NCBI GenBank assembly: GCA_964632485.1
Contig: CAZWDO010000009.1
Span: 76,850 to 140,849, forward strand
Direction: 5' to 3'
Length of the DNA stretch: 64,000 bases
Origin: an uncultured bacterium
GTDB lineage: Bacteria; JAGOEH01
Program-made: the position numbers and the translations under genes
Shown here: piece by piece, positions 9,338-19,600 of the stretch
How positions within the stretch are numbered: position 1 is the stretch's first letter
Layout: each line of letters begins with the position of its first letter
The notes under the pieces: model-generated
The model's database searches: none
What the model was told of the DNA's origin: nothing
Seen by the model: only the letters and a program-made list of their open reading frames with translations

Positions 9338-10813
9338 ATGTCCGAACTTGCTCATTTGGACCCCCGGGAAGTCCGTATTGAAAAAATGAAACGGCTCCGA
9401 GCGGAAGGAATTGAACCCTATGCCTATTCATTCAATGTAACTCACACGACCACTGAGCTGATTGCCCAAAGTGAAGAGTTAATCCAGAAAGAAACGCAAA
9501 TTGCCTTGGCTGGACGCTTGATGTCTCTGAGAGAAATGGGAAAAACACGGTTTGGCCATCTCCAGGATAGTTATAACCGGATTCAAATCTATATTCGTAA
9601 AGATCAGATTGGCGAGGCGGCATTTGATCTGTTTAAATTCTATGATATTGGCGATATCTTTGGCATTGAGGGGGTGTTATTCCGTACTAAAACTCTGGAA
9701 CTTACGGTAGTAGTTAAAAAAATTCAGTTACTGTGCAAGACCTTACGTCCGTTGCCGGAAAAATGGCATGGGCTTAAAGACATTGAGACCCGCTATCGGC
9801 AACGCTATGTGGATTTAATAGTGAATCCTGAAGTGCGCCAAACATTTATAACTCGTTCTCGAATTGTGCAAGCCATGCGTCAATTTCTGGACGCGCGCGG
9901 TTTTTTAGAAGTGGAAACGCCAATTCTTCAGCCTGTTTATGGCGGCGCTAATGCCCGTCCTTTTATTACCCACCATAATACTCTTGATATGGATTTGTAC
10001 CTGCGCATTGCCAATGAGCTTTACCTTAAGCGTTTGGTTGTGGGGGGATTCGATCGAGTGTACGAATTCTCCCGTGATTTTCGCAATGAGGGTATGGATA
10101 AATTCCATAATCCTGAGTTCACTCAGGTTGAGTTTTATTGCGCTTATGTTGATTATCGTTTTATGATGGATTTTGTTGAAGAGATGATTGTCTATACGGC
10201 GCAACATAGCATCGGATCATTAAAAGTTTCGCATAGCCTGGGTGAGATTGATCTGACTCCACCCTGGCAGCGGCTTTCGATGGAAGAGGCGATCGAAAAA
10301 TTTGCGGGGATCTCGATTTCCTCCTCCGACAAGGAAGAATTATATCAATTTGCAAAAAAACATAATATGGATGTTGATGCAAAGATGAACCGGGGCCAGT
10401 TGATCGATGAAATATTTGGCGCAATGGTGGAACCTAAACTAATTCAGCCGACTTTTATTTATGATTATCCCCTTGAAATGTCCCCGTTGGCAAAAAAGCA
10501 CCGTTCTAAAGAAGGTTTAACCGAACGCTTTGAATTGATCGTAGCGGCAAAGGAATTGAGTAATGCCTTTTCCGAGCTGAATGATCCCCTTGACCAGAAG
10601 GAGCGTTTGATGCGTCAGGTAGAACTGCGTCAGCAAGGAGATGATGAAGCCCAGGTGATGGACGATGATTTCGTTCGCGCTCTGGAGTATGGTATGCCGC
10701 CCACGGGAGGGGTCGGGATCGGCATCGATCGGTTGGCCATGCTTTTAACGAGTAATGAATCGATTCGGGAGGTTATTTTATTCCCACACATGCGACCGGA
10801 ATCGAATCTATGA
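9338..10813 (+). CDS. lysS: Lysyl-tRNA synthetase (class II)
   Basis: LPEKWHGL, RYRQRYVDL, GGANARPFITHHN, FRNEG, YGMPPTGGVGIGIDRL. Confidence 0.98.
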   Translation: MSELAHLDPREVRIEKMKRLRAEGIEPYAYSFNVTHTTTELIAQSEELIQKETQIALAGRLMSLREMGKTRFGHLQDSYNRIQIYIRKDQIGEAAFDLFKFYDIGDIFGIEGVLFRTKTLELTVVVKKIQLLCKTLRPLPEKWHGLKDIETRYRQRYVDLIVNPEVRQTFITRSRIVQAMRQFLDARGFLEVETPILQPVYGGANARPFITHHNTLDMDLYLRIANELYLKRLVVGGFDRVYEFSRDFRNEGMDKFHNPEFTQVEFYCAYVDYRFMMDFVEEMIVYTAQHSIGSLKVSHSLGEIDLTPPWQRLSMEEAIEKFAGISISSSDKEELYQFAKKHNMDVDAKMNRGQLIDEIFGAMVEPKLIQPTFIYDYPLEMSPLAKKHRSKEGLTERFELIVAAKELSNAFSELNDPLDQKERLMRQVELRQQGDDEAQVMDDDFVRALEYGMPPTGGVGIGIDRLAMLLTSNESIREVILFPHMRPESNL

Positions 10814-12051
10814 AATTCGAATTTTTTATTGCCAAACGCTATTTCCTAAGTAAGCGCAAGATTGGCTTTATCTCGGTTATCACTTATTTTGCGACTTTTG
10901 GCATCGTATTGGGGGTTGCTGTGCTCAATATTGTGTTATCGGTAATGAACGGTTTCGAGGATATAGTCAAGCAAAAAATAGTCGGCGCTATTTCTCATAT
11001 TCAGGTTGCCTGTTATCACAATGAAGGTATTGGGAATTATCAGGAACTGGCGGAACGGATTCGCAGATTTCCAGAGGTAACTGCCGCGTCACCGCTGATT
11101 TTTGACCGCGCTGCTATCCAATCGGATGCGGGATTGGATGCCGCGATTATCAATGGAGTAGACACCAGCTCGATCTACGAGGTGATCGATATTTCCAAAT
11201 ATTTGATCGCCGGGGATCTGGTGTTGAGGAACGTTGAAGAGCCAGCCACCGGTGACACCCTGGACGGTATTGTCCTTGGCTATGACTTGGCGGATCGATT
11301 ACGGGTAGTTGTTGGGCAAACTCTCCTGCTGGGGAATTTCGGCAAGGCATCCTTGTCCGGCCGGATGATCCCCAAGTTGAAGAAATGCATCGTAACCGGT
11401 ATTTTTAAAAGTGGATTCTATGATTATGATGCGGCATTCGGTTTCATCTCCATGAATGCTGCCCAGGAACTTTTTTATCTGCCCGATAAAGTCAACCAGA
11501 TCGACATTCGAATACGCGATATGTACCAGGCCCGCGCCGTCGCTAAGATGATTGAGGATACACTACAATACCCCTATTATACATTGAATTGGATTGATCG
11601 CAATCAAAAGCTTTTTACCTGGATTAAACTTGAGAAAACGATGATGTTCGTTATCTTGAATTTGATTATTGTCGTAGCGGTCTTTAACATCATTTCCGCC
11701 CTGATCATGCTGGTATTGAATAAAACTCGTGAAATTGGCATTCTCCGCGCTATGGGCGCTACCCGTCGGAATATCTTGCATATCTTCATGCTGGATGGAC
11801 TCAGCGCCGGGATCATTGGCGTCATTGGGGGAACTTTATTAAGTTTAGCTATATGCTATTTGCAAATGGAATATAAAATTATTTCCATTCCAGCCGATCT
11901 TTATACTATTGATTCATTGCCAATTAAAATGGTCCCCCTTGATTTTTTTTGGGTGGGGGCCTCTGCATTAAGTCTGAGTTTTCTGGCCACTCTGTACCCT
12001 TCTTTAAAAGCGGCCAACCAAAAACCAACCGAGGCGCTGGTTTATGAGTAA
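10810..12051 (+). CDS. lolE: Lipoprotein-releasing ABC transporter permease LolC/E
   Basis: VLSVMNGF, MacB-like periplasmic domain, REIGILRAMGA, four TM segments. Confidence 0.9.
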   Translation: MKFEFFIAKRYFLSKRKIGFISVITYFATFGIVLGVAVLNIVLSVMNGFEDIVKQKIVGAISHIQVACYHNEGIGNYQELAERIRRFPEVTAASPLIFDRAAIQSDAGLDAAIINGVDTSSIYEVIDISKYLIAGDLVLRNVEEPATGDTLDGIVLGYDLADRLRVVVGQTLLLGNFGKASLSGRMIPKLKKCIVTGIFKSGFYDYDAAFGFISMNAAQELFYLPDKVNQIDIRIRDMYQARAVAKMIEDTLQYPYYTLNWIDRNQKLFTWIKLEKTMMFVILNLIIVVAVFNIISALIMLVLNKTREIGILRAMGATRRNILHIFMLDGLSAGIIGVIGGTLLSLAICYLQMEYKIISIPADLYTIDSLPIKMVPLDFFWVGASALSLSFLATLYPSLKAANQKPTEALVYE

Positions 12052-12730
12052 TTCAATCTTGGTGAAAGTCGAAGACCTGGATAAATCGTATCTGACGGGC
12101 CAGGAAAAAATTTCTATTTTTGAGAGTATGGATTTGGAACTTCCTGCCGGTCAGATTACTGCGCTTTATGGCCCTTCCGGTTCCGGTAAAAGTACCCTGC
12201 TTCATTTATTAGGGGGGCTGGATCGACCCGATCGGGGAACTATTATTGTGGACGGTAAAGAGTTAAATTCTTTAAGCGATGATGGTTTAGCCGTTTTAAG
12301 GCAGCAAACAATCAGTTATGTTTTCCAATTTCATCATCTGCTGGTTGATTTTACTGCCCTTGAAAATATTCTGATTCCCCTGATGATCCGTAAAATGCCA
12401 TATCATGAGGCATATAAAAGCGCGGAACAATTTTTGCAACTTGTCGGTTTAAGTGGAAGGGAAAACCATAAGCCGGGAGAACTTTCCGGTGGTGAACGTC
12501 AGCGAATTGCCATTGTACGCGCCTTAGTTACTCAACCTAAACTAGTATTGGCCGATGAGCCTACCGGAAATCTGGATTTAGAAAATGCGAGTAAGCTATT
12601 GAAAATGATTGAAGAGTTATGCCGCACGCTGGGACAAACCTTTCTGATTGCAACCCATGATCCCGAAATAGCTTCTATTGCCGATCAACGGTTGCATATC
12701 AAGAATAAACGAATATCGAGGTTAACTTGA
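12044..12730 (+). CDS. lolD: Lipoprotein-releasing ABC transporter ATPase
   Basis: GPSGSGKST, LSGGERQR, ADEPTGNLD; follows lolE. Confidence 0.92.
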   Translation: MSNSILVKVEDLDKSYLTGQEKISIFESMDLELPAGQITALYGPSGSGKSTLLHLLGGLDRPDRGTIIVDGKELNSLSDDGLAVLRQQTISYVFQFHHLLVDFTALENILIPLMIRKMPYHEAYKSAEQFLQLVGLSGRENHKPGELSGGERQRIAIVRALVTQPKLVLADEPTGNLDLENASKLLKMIEELCRTLGQTFLIATHDPEIASIADQRLHIKNKRISRLT

Positions 12731-13209
12731 TTTGTCAGAACTGCTCTAAAAACAAAGCGATTGTACTCGTTCGGGAAATCGTCGGCGGTAATGAAAAATT
12801 GGCTTTTTATTGTGAAGGTTGCGCTATGGATAAGGGTTTTACAGAAGTCCTCAGCCAGGAAAAATTTTCGATTGCTAATTTTATAAACCAATTAGTGAAA
12901 ATTCCCGATTCCGACGTTGAAACTTGCGTATGTGGCCAGACTCTGGAAAGTTTTAAAGAATCCGGACAATTGGGCTGTTCCCACTGTTATCGGACGTTTG
13001 AACCGGTATTGGTGGAATTGGCGCAAAATTTGTTTGGAGCCCACACTCATAGTGGTAAGATTCCCACAGCGTTACGGCAAAATTTAAATGCATTGCGCCA
13101 AATCGAAGATTTGCAAAAAAAACTGGCCATCGCCGTTCAAACTGAAAACTATGAAGAAGCGGCGCGTTTGCGAGATTCAATTCAAAAGTTCAAACACCAA
13201 ACGGAATAA
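12727..13209 (+). CDS. mcsA: McsA, activator of protein-arginine kinase
   Basis: CxxC motifs, GQLGCSHCY, UVR domain (ENYEEAARLRD); TTG start. Confidence 0.9.
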   Translation: MICQNCSKNKAIVLVREIVGGNEKLAFYCEGCAMDKGFTEVLSQEKFSIANFINQLVKIPDSDVETCVCGQTLESFKESGQLGCSHCYRTFEPVLVELAQNLFGAHTHSGKIPTALRQNLNALRQIEDLQKKLAIAVQTENYEEAARLRDSIQKFKHQTE

Positions 13210-13215
13210 TATACG

Positions 13216-14274
13216 ATGACCCTGCCTGAATCTATCAAGTTGTCTGCTCCACCTTGGCTTAATAGCGATCAGACTATCGTCTTAAGCCATCGCTTACGGC
13301 TCGTTCGCAACCTCGAACGATTTTCGTTTACCCATATAGCGGAAAATAATACGTTAAAAGAGATACTTGAACTGGTTGAATGGTCTCTTAAAAAGAAATC
13401 TCTTGAGGGTGATTGGAGTTTTTTTCCATTTAGTCAATTGTCGCAAAGTGATCTAAATATCATTCAGGAGTATTTTTTCCTTCCCATGAGAAGTATTAAT
13501 GAGCAATATGGCGCGATTGCGGTTAATGAAACCCATGAACAGACGATCCTGGTGAATAGCCAGCACCATCTGAAAATCAGTTTGATAAACACTGGTGAAG
13601 ATCTGGTTCAAAGTTATTTGCAGCTCAATCTGATTGAAGAACAGCTTTCCTCGCATCTATCGTTTTCCTTCCATCCGGTGTTCGGATATCTTTCCCCTTC
13701 ACCGGCCGATCTGGGAACGGGTTTGAAAATTAGTTATTTACTTCACCTTCCGGCAATTAATCTGCTCAATCGGCTTCCACAGGCGTGTCGTATTGCAGCC
13801 GACCATAATTCTGTTTTGCGGACTTTATCACTCAATCATTCATCCAATATGGGAAATCTGTTCGTTCTGGAATATTTTAATAGCTTTGGCCCTAAGGAAG
13901 AATCCATGTTGGCTGAGGCTTCTCAATCCTGCAGCGCCATCCGGCAATTGGAAGAAGAGAGCGGGCAATTTTTACAAGACAGGATTCCTCATTCCATCAA
14001 TGATAAAGTGAAACGTTCCTGGGGAATACTCACCCATGCAGAATTACTTGACGTGAAGGAGACATTCAATATGCTATCCGCATTACGTCTTGGAACCCGG
14101 CTCAATTATCTCGAAACGGTTTACCGTCCTTTACTGAACCGGCTGTTAGTTCAATCGCTACCGTATCATCTTTCCCGGCTGGCGGGTTTTACAAAACCGG
14201 AGCCGGAACAATTGGAAATTTTCCGAGCAGGTTATATCAGAAAATTATTACATGAACAAGAAGGTGCAAAATGA
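13216..14274 (+). CDS. mcsB: McsB-like protein with degenerate kinase active site
   Basis: LSHRLRLVRNL, GYL...GTGL...LHLPA, RSWGIL, LSALRLG; lies between mcsA and clpC; NEEDH and CP motifs are altered. Confidence 0.85.
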   Translation: MTLPESIKLSAPPWLNSDQTIVLSHRLRLVRNLERFSFTHIAENNTLKEILELVEWSLKKKSLEGDWSFFPFSQLSQSDLNIIQEYFFLPMRSINEQYGAIAVNETHEQTILVNSQHHLKISLINTGEDLVQSYLQLNLIEEQLSSHLSFSFHPVFGYLSPSPADLGTGLKISYLLHLPAINLLNRLPQACRIAADHNSVLRTLSLNHSSNMGNLFVLEYFNSFGPKEESMLAEASQSCSAIRQLEEESGQFLQDRIPHSINDKVKRSWGILTHAELLDVKETFNMLSALRLGTRLNYLETVYRPLLNRLLVQSLPYHLSRLAGFTKPEPEQLEIFRAGYIRKLLHEQEGAK

Positions 14275-16685
14275 ATGATATGTTTACCGATCGCGTACGG
14301 CGGGTTATGGAAAATGCGGCAATGGAAGCTCAGAAATTGGGTAGCGATTTTATCGATGGTGAACATATTGTCCTGGGGATGCTGACTGAAGGCAACGGTG
14401 TTGCAGTGACATTATTTACGCAAATCCAGCTGGATCTCGAAGAGCTTCGTTCAAGCCTTGAAGAATCCATCCTCAACCGGGCGACTACCATCGTCATGGG
14501 CAATGTTCCGTTTACTGATACGGTGCGGAAGATTATCAACCGCGCTCAGGTGGAAGCGGAAACGATGAACTACAAATATGTTGGAACCGAGCATCTACTG
14601 CTGGCAATGCTGGCATTGAAGGATACGCCGATATATCGCATTTTACTTTCTTTTGGATTGAATTATGAAGCCGTGAAAAAGCAGTTAAGCATTATCCACC
14701 GCAATGGCGAAACGCGCTCTGATCCGAAAGCGGCGGGCACGAAGACTCCGTTTTTAGATAAATTTGGACTTGATCTGGTTGAAGCTGGCCGACAAGGGAA
14801 ATTGGACCCGATTATTGGCCGGGAAAAAGAGATCGATCGCGTGATGCTGATTTTAAGCCGCCGGAAAAAAAATAATCCGCTATTGATTGGAGAACCCGGG
14901 GTTGGCAAGACCGCTATTGTCGAAGGCGTGGCCCAGAAAATTGCGAATGGGGAAGTCGCCCATAATATTAAAAATAAACGACTGATTACCCTTGATTTGG
15001 GCATGGTCGTCGCCGGCACAAAATTCCGGGGCCAATTCGAAGAGCGTATTAAAAATATTATCAATGAAATTCGGGCAACGGGCAATGTTATAATTTTTTT
15101 GGATGAGATTCACACGATCATCGGAGCCGGTGGCGCGGAAGGAACTCTTGATGCGGCAAATTTGCTCAAACCCATGCTGGCCCGTGGCGAGGTTCAATGT
15201 ATTGGGGCTACTACCGCAGAGGAATTTAAAAAATATATTGAAAAAGACGGCGCTTTGGAGCGTCGATTCCAACCCGTACAGATTGATCCCCCCGATGTTA
15301 TCGATACAATTCGAATTCTCCAGGGGGTTGTGAAGAATTATGAGACTTTCCATCAGGTCAAATACACTGTCGACAGTCTCAAGTATGCCGCTCAATTATC
15401 TGACCGCTATATTAATGATCGATATCTTCCTGACAAAGCATTGGATATACTGGATGAAGCCGGTGCGTATCTGCATTTGACAACCTATAAAATGCCGCCG
15501 GAAATAAAAAAAATGGAAGAGGAGCTTAATTCCCTTCAGGATGATAAACAACAAGCAGTCAACCAACAAAATTATGAAAAAGCGGCGCAATTGCGTGATA
15601 AGGAAAAACGCTTAAAACATGAGTTGGATGTTTCACGGCAAGAATGGAATCGTTATTACCAGAAAGATCAATCCGTTGTTACCTCTGAAGTGATCTCCGA
15701 AATTGTCAGCCAGGTTACCGGCGTCCCTCTGCGTCAGCTCGATTCTGATGAAAGCCAACGCTTGCTTAACCTGGAAAAAGAATTAAAAAAATCAATTGCC
15801 GGACAAACTGAGGCCATTTATCGTTTATCATCAGCCCTGCGTCGTTCACATTCCGGGTTGCGCGATCCACGTCGCCCAATCGGCTCGTTTATTTTTTTGG
15901 GGCCTTCTGGTGTAGGTAAAACTCATACCGCTATCACGCTCGCTAAAATCCTTTTTGGGAGCGAAAATGCGATTATTCGCCTTGATATGACGGAATTTAT
16001 GGAAAAATTCAATGTGTCCCGCCTGATTGGCGCCCCTCCGGGTTATATCGGATTTCAGGAAGGGGGGCAACTTACGGAACGAGTTAGAAGAAAACCCTAT
16101 TCTATCATCCTTTTTGATGAATTTGAAAAAGCTCATCCCGATTTGCAGAATATTCTTCTACAGATTCTTGATACAGGCACGCTTACTGATAGCAACGGAC
16201 GCAAAATTAATTTTCGCAATACGGTGATCATTCTAACTACAAATATTGGATCCAGCGAGATCAAAAATGCTTCCCGGCTGGGCTTCAATAAAACAGATAA
16301 CTGGTCAAACAAGGAAATCGAGAATTTCCTGATTAAAGAACTGAAAAAAGACTTCAAGCCGGAACTCGTAAATCGCTTTGACGATATTATCACCTTTCAT
16401 CATTTGAGTAGTGAAAACCTGAACCAAATTACAGAGCTGCTTTTCCAGGATGTTTCCCAAAGAGCTCATGAACGTTCAATTACCCTTTCATTAAGCTGTG
16501 AAGCCCGTGAATTCATTGCCCAACAACAATTCGACCAGAAAATCGGCGCGAGGCTTATCCGGCATTCCATCCAGAATATGATCGAAGATTTGCTGTCTGA
16601 AAAACTATTAAGCGGAGAAATTAAAGCCGGTGATCATATTAACATCAATTTGATAAAAGACAAGATTACCTTGCATAAAGATTAA
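14271..16685 (+). CDS. clpC: ATP-dependent Clp protease ATPase ClpC
   Basis: Clp-N repeats, two AAA+ modules (GEPGVGKT, GPSGVGKT), UVR M-domain, GAPPGYIG pore loop. Confidence 0.96.
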   Translation: MNDMFTDRVRRVMENAAMEAQKLGSDFIDGEHIVLGMLTEGNGVAVTLFTQIQLDLEELRSSLEESILNRATTIVMGNVPFTDTVRKIINRAQVEAETMNYKYVGTEHLLLAMLALKDTPIYRILLSFGLNYEAVKKQLSIIHRNGETRSDPKAAGTKTPFLDKFGLDLVEAGRQGKLDPIIGREKEIDRVMLILSRRKKNNPLLIGEPGVGKTAIVEGVAQKIANGEVAHNIKNKRLITLDLGMVVAGTKFRGQFEERIKNIINEIRATGNVIIFLDEIHTIIGAGGAEGTLDAANLLKPMLARGEVQCIGATTAEEFKKYIEKDGALERRFQPVQIDPPDVIDTIRILQGVVKNYETFHQVKYTVDSLKYAAQLSDRYINDRYLPDKALDILDEAGAYLHLTTYKMPPEIKKMEEELNSLQDDKQQAVNQQNYEKAAQLRDKEKRLKHELDVSRQEWNRYYQKDQSVVTSEVISEIVSQVTGVPLRQLDSDESQRLLNLEKELKKSIAGQTEAIYRLSSALRRSHSGLRDPRRPIGSFIFLGPSGVGKTHTAITLAKILFGSENAIIRLDMTEFMEKFNVSRLIGAPPGYIGFQEGGQLTERVRRKPYSIILFDEFEKAHPDLQNILLQILDTGTLTDSNGRKINFRNTVIILTTNIGSSEIKNASRLGFNKTDNWSNKEIENFLIKELKKDFKPELVNRFDDIITFHHLSSENLNQITELLFQDVSQRAHERSITLSLSCEAREFIAQQQFDQKIGARLIRHSIQNMIEDLLSEKLLSGEIKAGDHININLIKDKITLHKD

Positions 16686-19600
16686 TGCCCAAAAGACATG
16701 GACTTGTTGTTTTCCTTTTTACCCTGACCTATATGGTTTTGATTTATTTACATGTATATATGGAATTTTCGCATTCTTTGCTGTTAAAATTGGTATATCA
16801 TTTAACATTGGCTGAGGGTAGCAACGTCAATGTAACCTCCAGCGGCTTTAAACTATCTACTACTTACATACAGATCGATACGATCGAAGTGACCCGTCCC
16901 GACCATCTTCATTTGACAATTGATCGGGTTTCCATGCACTATAACATCTGGAATATGATTCTTTTCTATCTTCATGCCGATCATTTGAGGTTTTCTCTGT
17001 TGGTTGAAAAGCCTTATTTAAGTTTACCTCAACCGCAGGAAGCCACTTCAGCCACGAATTTTAACTGGCCCGATTTGAATCGTGAAATTTATAGTTACAC
17101 GAGTCATTGGTTTCAGGGAATCTGCTATATCACCGATGGGCAGATTGCCATAGATTCTCAAAAATACGAATTTGATTTTTGGTTTAAATCGGCTCAAGAG
17201 AACAAATTTGAGGGTGAACTCAATTTTAATAGTCCCGATTCGCTGGGTATCCAGATTGATCATGATTGCCAGTTGCGAACATTGACTTTAAAAAAAAAGG
17301 AAAACTATCCGACGAACATATTCGATTTTTTTCCCAATTATGGACAAATTGATCAAATGACTGCCCGGGCATTGTGGGAAACAGGAACAATGCAGGTGGC
17401 ATGGACTCAGCCGGATGTTCCGCATGTGAACGCCGATTTTCTTTTAACAACGATCCGCATTGAGTGGCCCGGGGATACAATTGCTCTAGATCAGTTGCCG
17501 TTGCAAATCCGCGATAATTATTTAGAGATTCAGCCGACGGAAATACTCACCCGGAGGGTAGACCTCCGATTTTCTGCGGCTATACCGGATATACATCGTT
17601 TAAAACCGCTTAATATCAGACTGGAAAAATTGATCTTCAAGAACATATTGCCAGTTGGTCAATCAATTTCTCTCGACGGAGACATTTCACTTCAGACTCT
17701 CTTTCCCGTCTGCCGAGGGGATGCCTCCCTGAATTGGACCAGCCCCCATTTATCAAGTGGGTTTGATATTACCTGGCAATATGATATGGTTCGTCGCGCT
17801 ATCGAATTGACTCTGAAAAAAAAAGATGATGTTCCGTTCGCACTGCAAATGAACAGCAGGATTTCCCTTGCTCCTCCCCCCCGTTTTAATATCCTCTTCA
17901 ATTCCAAGGGCCACCCCGGTGGTTTGCCGTGGATTCCTCTTTTTCTTAAGGAAACGGAGTATTCAATCGATGGTTCGTTTTCTGGTGAGTGGCCGGAGTT
18001 GGAGTATCAATTCAAAATGCAATTGAATCATCCGCATTTGGAAGCGTTGGCGCTATCTCACCTCGAAATCCAATTTCAGGGTAACCGAACCCGCGCCTTG
18101 GTTAGAGGAGCGCTAAGCGCTTCACTGCAATTCTCGGGTGACATTCAGTGGATGGACTTCAAACAGCCTAAAGTCAATCTGGATTTTCAACTGAACCATT
18201 TTCGTTCACCTGTTTCCTTAGAAAATCTCAATATGCCTTTTTTCAATGGCCACATCGATCTGGTTTTGGACAAGGATCTGAAATGGAATGGTTCCATTTA
18301 TGTGAATAACCCTGATACATTAATGTGTAATATCTCATTAAACGGCCGGTCATCGATTTCGTTGGACACAATTTCTTTTCAAATGCTTTCTGATTCGAGT
18401 ACGATTTTTAAAACACCCTATAACTGGAATTTGATATTTAATCGCATTGGCGCTACCAGTAGCTGCATTGTCCATGTCGACAGTAGTGTACTGCATTACA
18501 CAGGTAGCGCGGAACATCACTATGCGACGCTCCATTTAAACCGGATTCCGTTCTATAAAATTCGTAATATTTATTCAAAACTGGGTTTTTTAAAAGAATT
18601 AAACGGCGATATCATGGCTCGTTTTGAATTGTCCCCGGATAGCAATTCTCTTCAAATCCATGGCGTAATTGATGTTATTAACGCCTCCTACCGGTATTTG
18701 CACCATTTTGACACACATAGCGATTTTCAGTTTCGAAACGGCATGGCGCTTTTTCGCAATATTGAATTAGTTCATAATAGCAATGTGATTGCTCAATCTG
18801 ATTCTTTTATTATGAGTACAGATACTCTGATGGGTGAAATCAGAGGGCGGGCCCTGGACGCCTGGTACATTCCGCTTGCCTATGATTGGCTGAATGAAAA
18901 ACTTAAAGGAAATTTCTCCTATACTATGACGTTAGGAGGTACTTTTAAGCGTCCTCGAATAGTTTGGGATATCCAGGGACTTAACGGTGATTTCTGGTTT
19001 ATGTATTTTGACCAGTTGATTGTCAAATTAGTGTATCATAATTTTACTCTTTTTTTCGAAAAAATGGTTCTGGAAAAAAGTGATGGATATCGGCTCGATG
19101 GTTCCGGATTTGTGTACCATGTTTTTGACAAAACGCCGGAAATCCCACTTAATCATCCTTTTTTCTATCAGTTTCAGTTCAATCTAAAAAACAATATTGC
19201 CTTGCTGCTACCCCGACTCTTACCCGATGTTTTTACCCGGGCGGAAGGTAAGGGCAGCGCCTGGCTCAGTTTTAATGGGACAAGGGACACGATTCGTTTT
19301 ATCCGGGCGGGTTGTCGCATTGAAAATTCAATCGTTTATCCCACAATGATTTTACCGGAAATAAAAAACGTTAGGGGTAGCATAACCTATGACCCTCAAC
19401 GGAATTTTTTTCAGATTGATTCCCTTCAGGGTCAGGCTGGTGATAGTCGAATTAGGATTTCAAATCTTGATACATTGGAATGGCCCGTTAAAAAGACCCC
19501 TCCTCCGCCTTTTTATTTGCAACCCGATGCTATATTCAGCCGGCTGGGGTATTTTTTTATTGAAACGGATTGGGTGAAAGTAAATCTACCCGGGATTATG

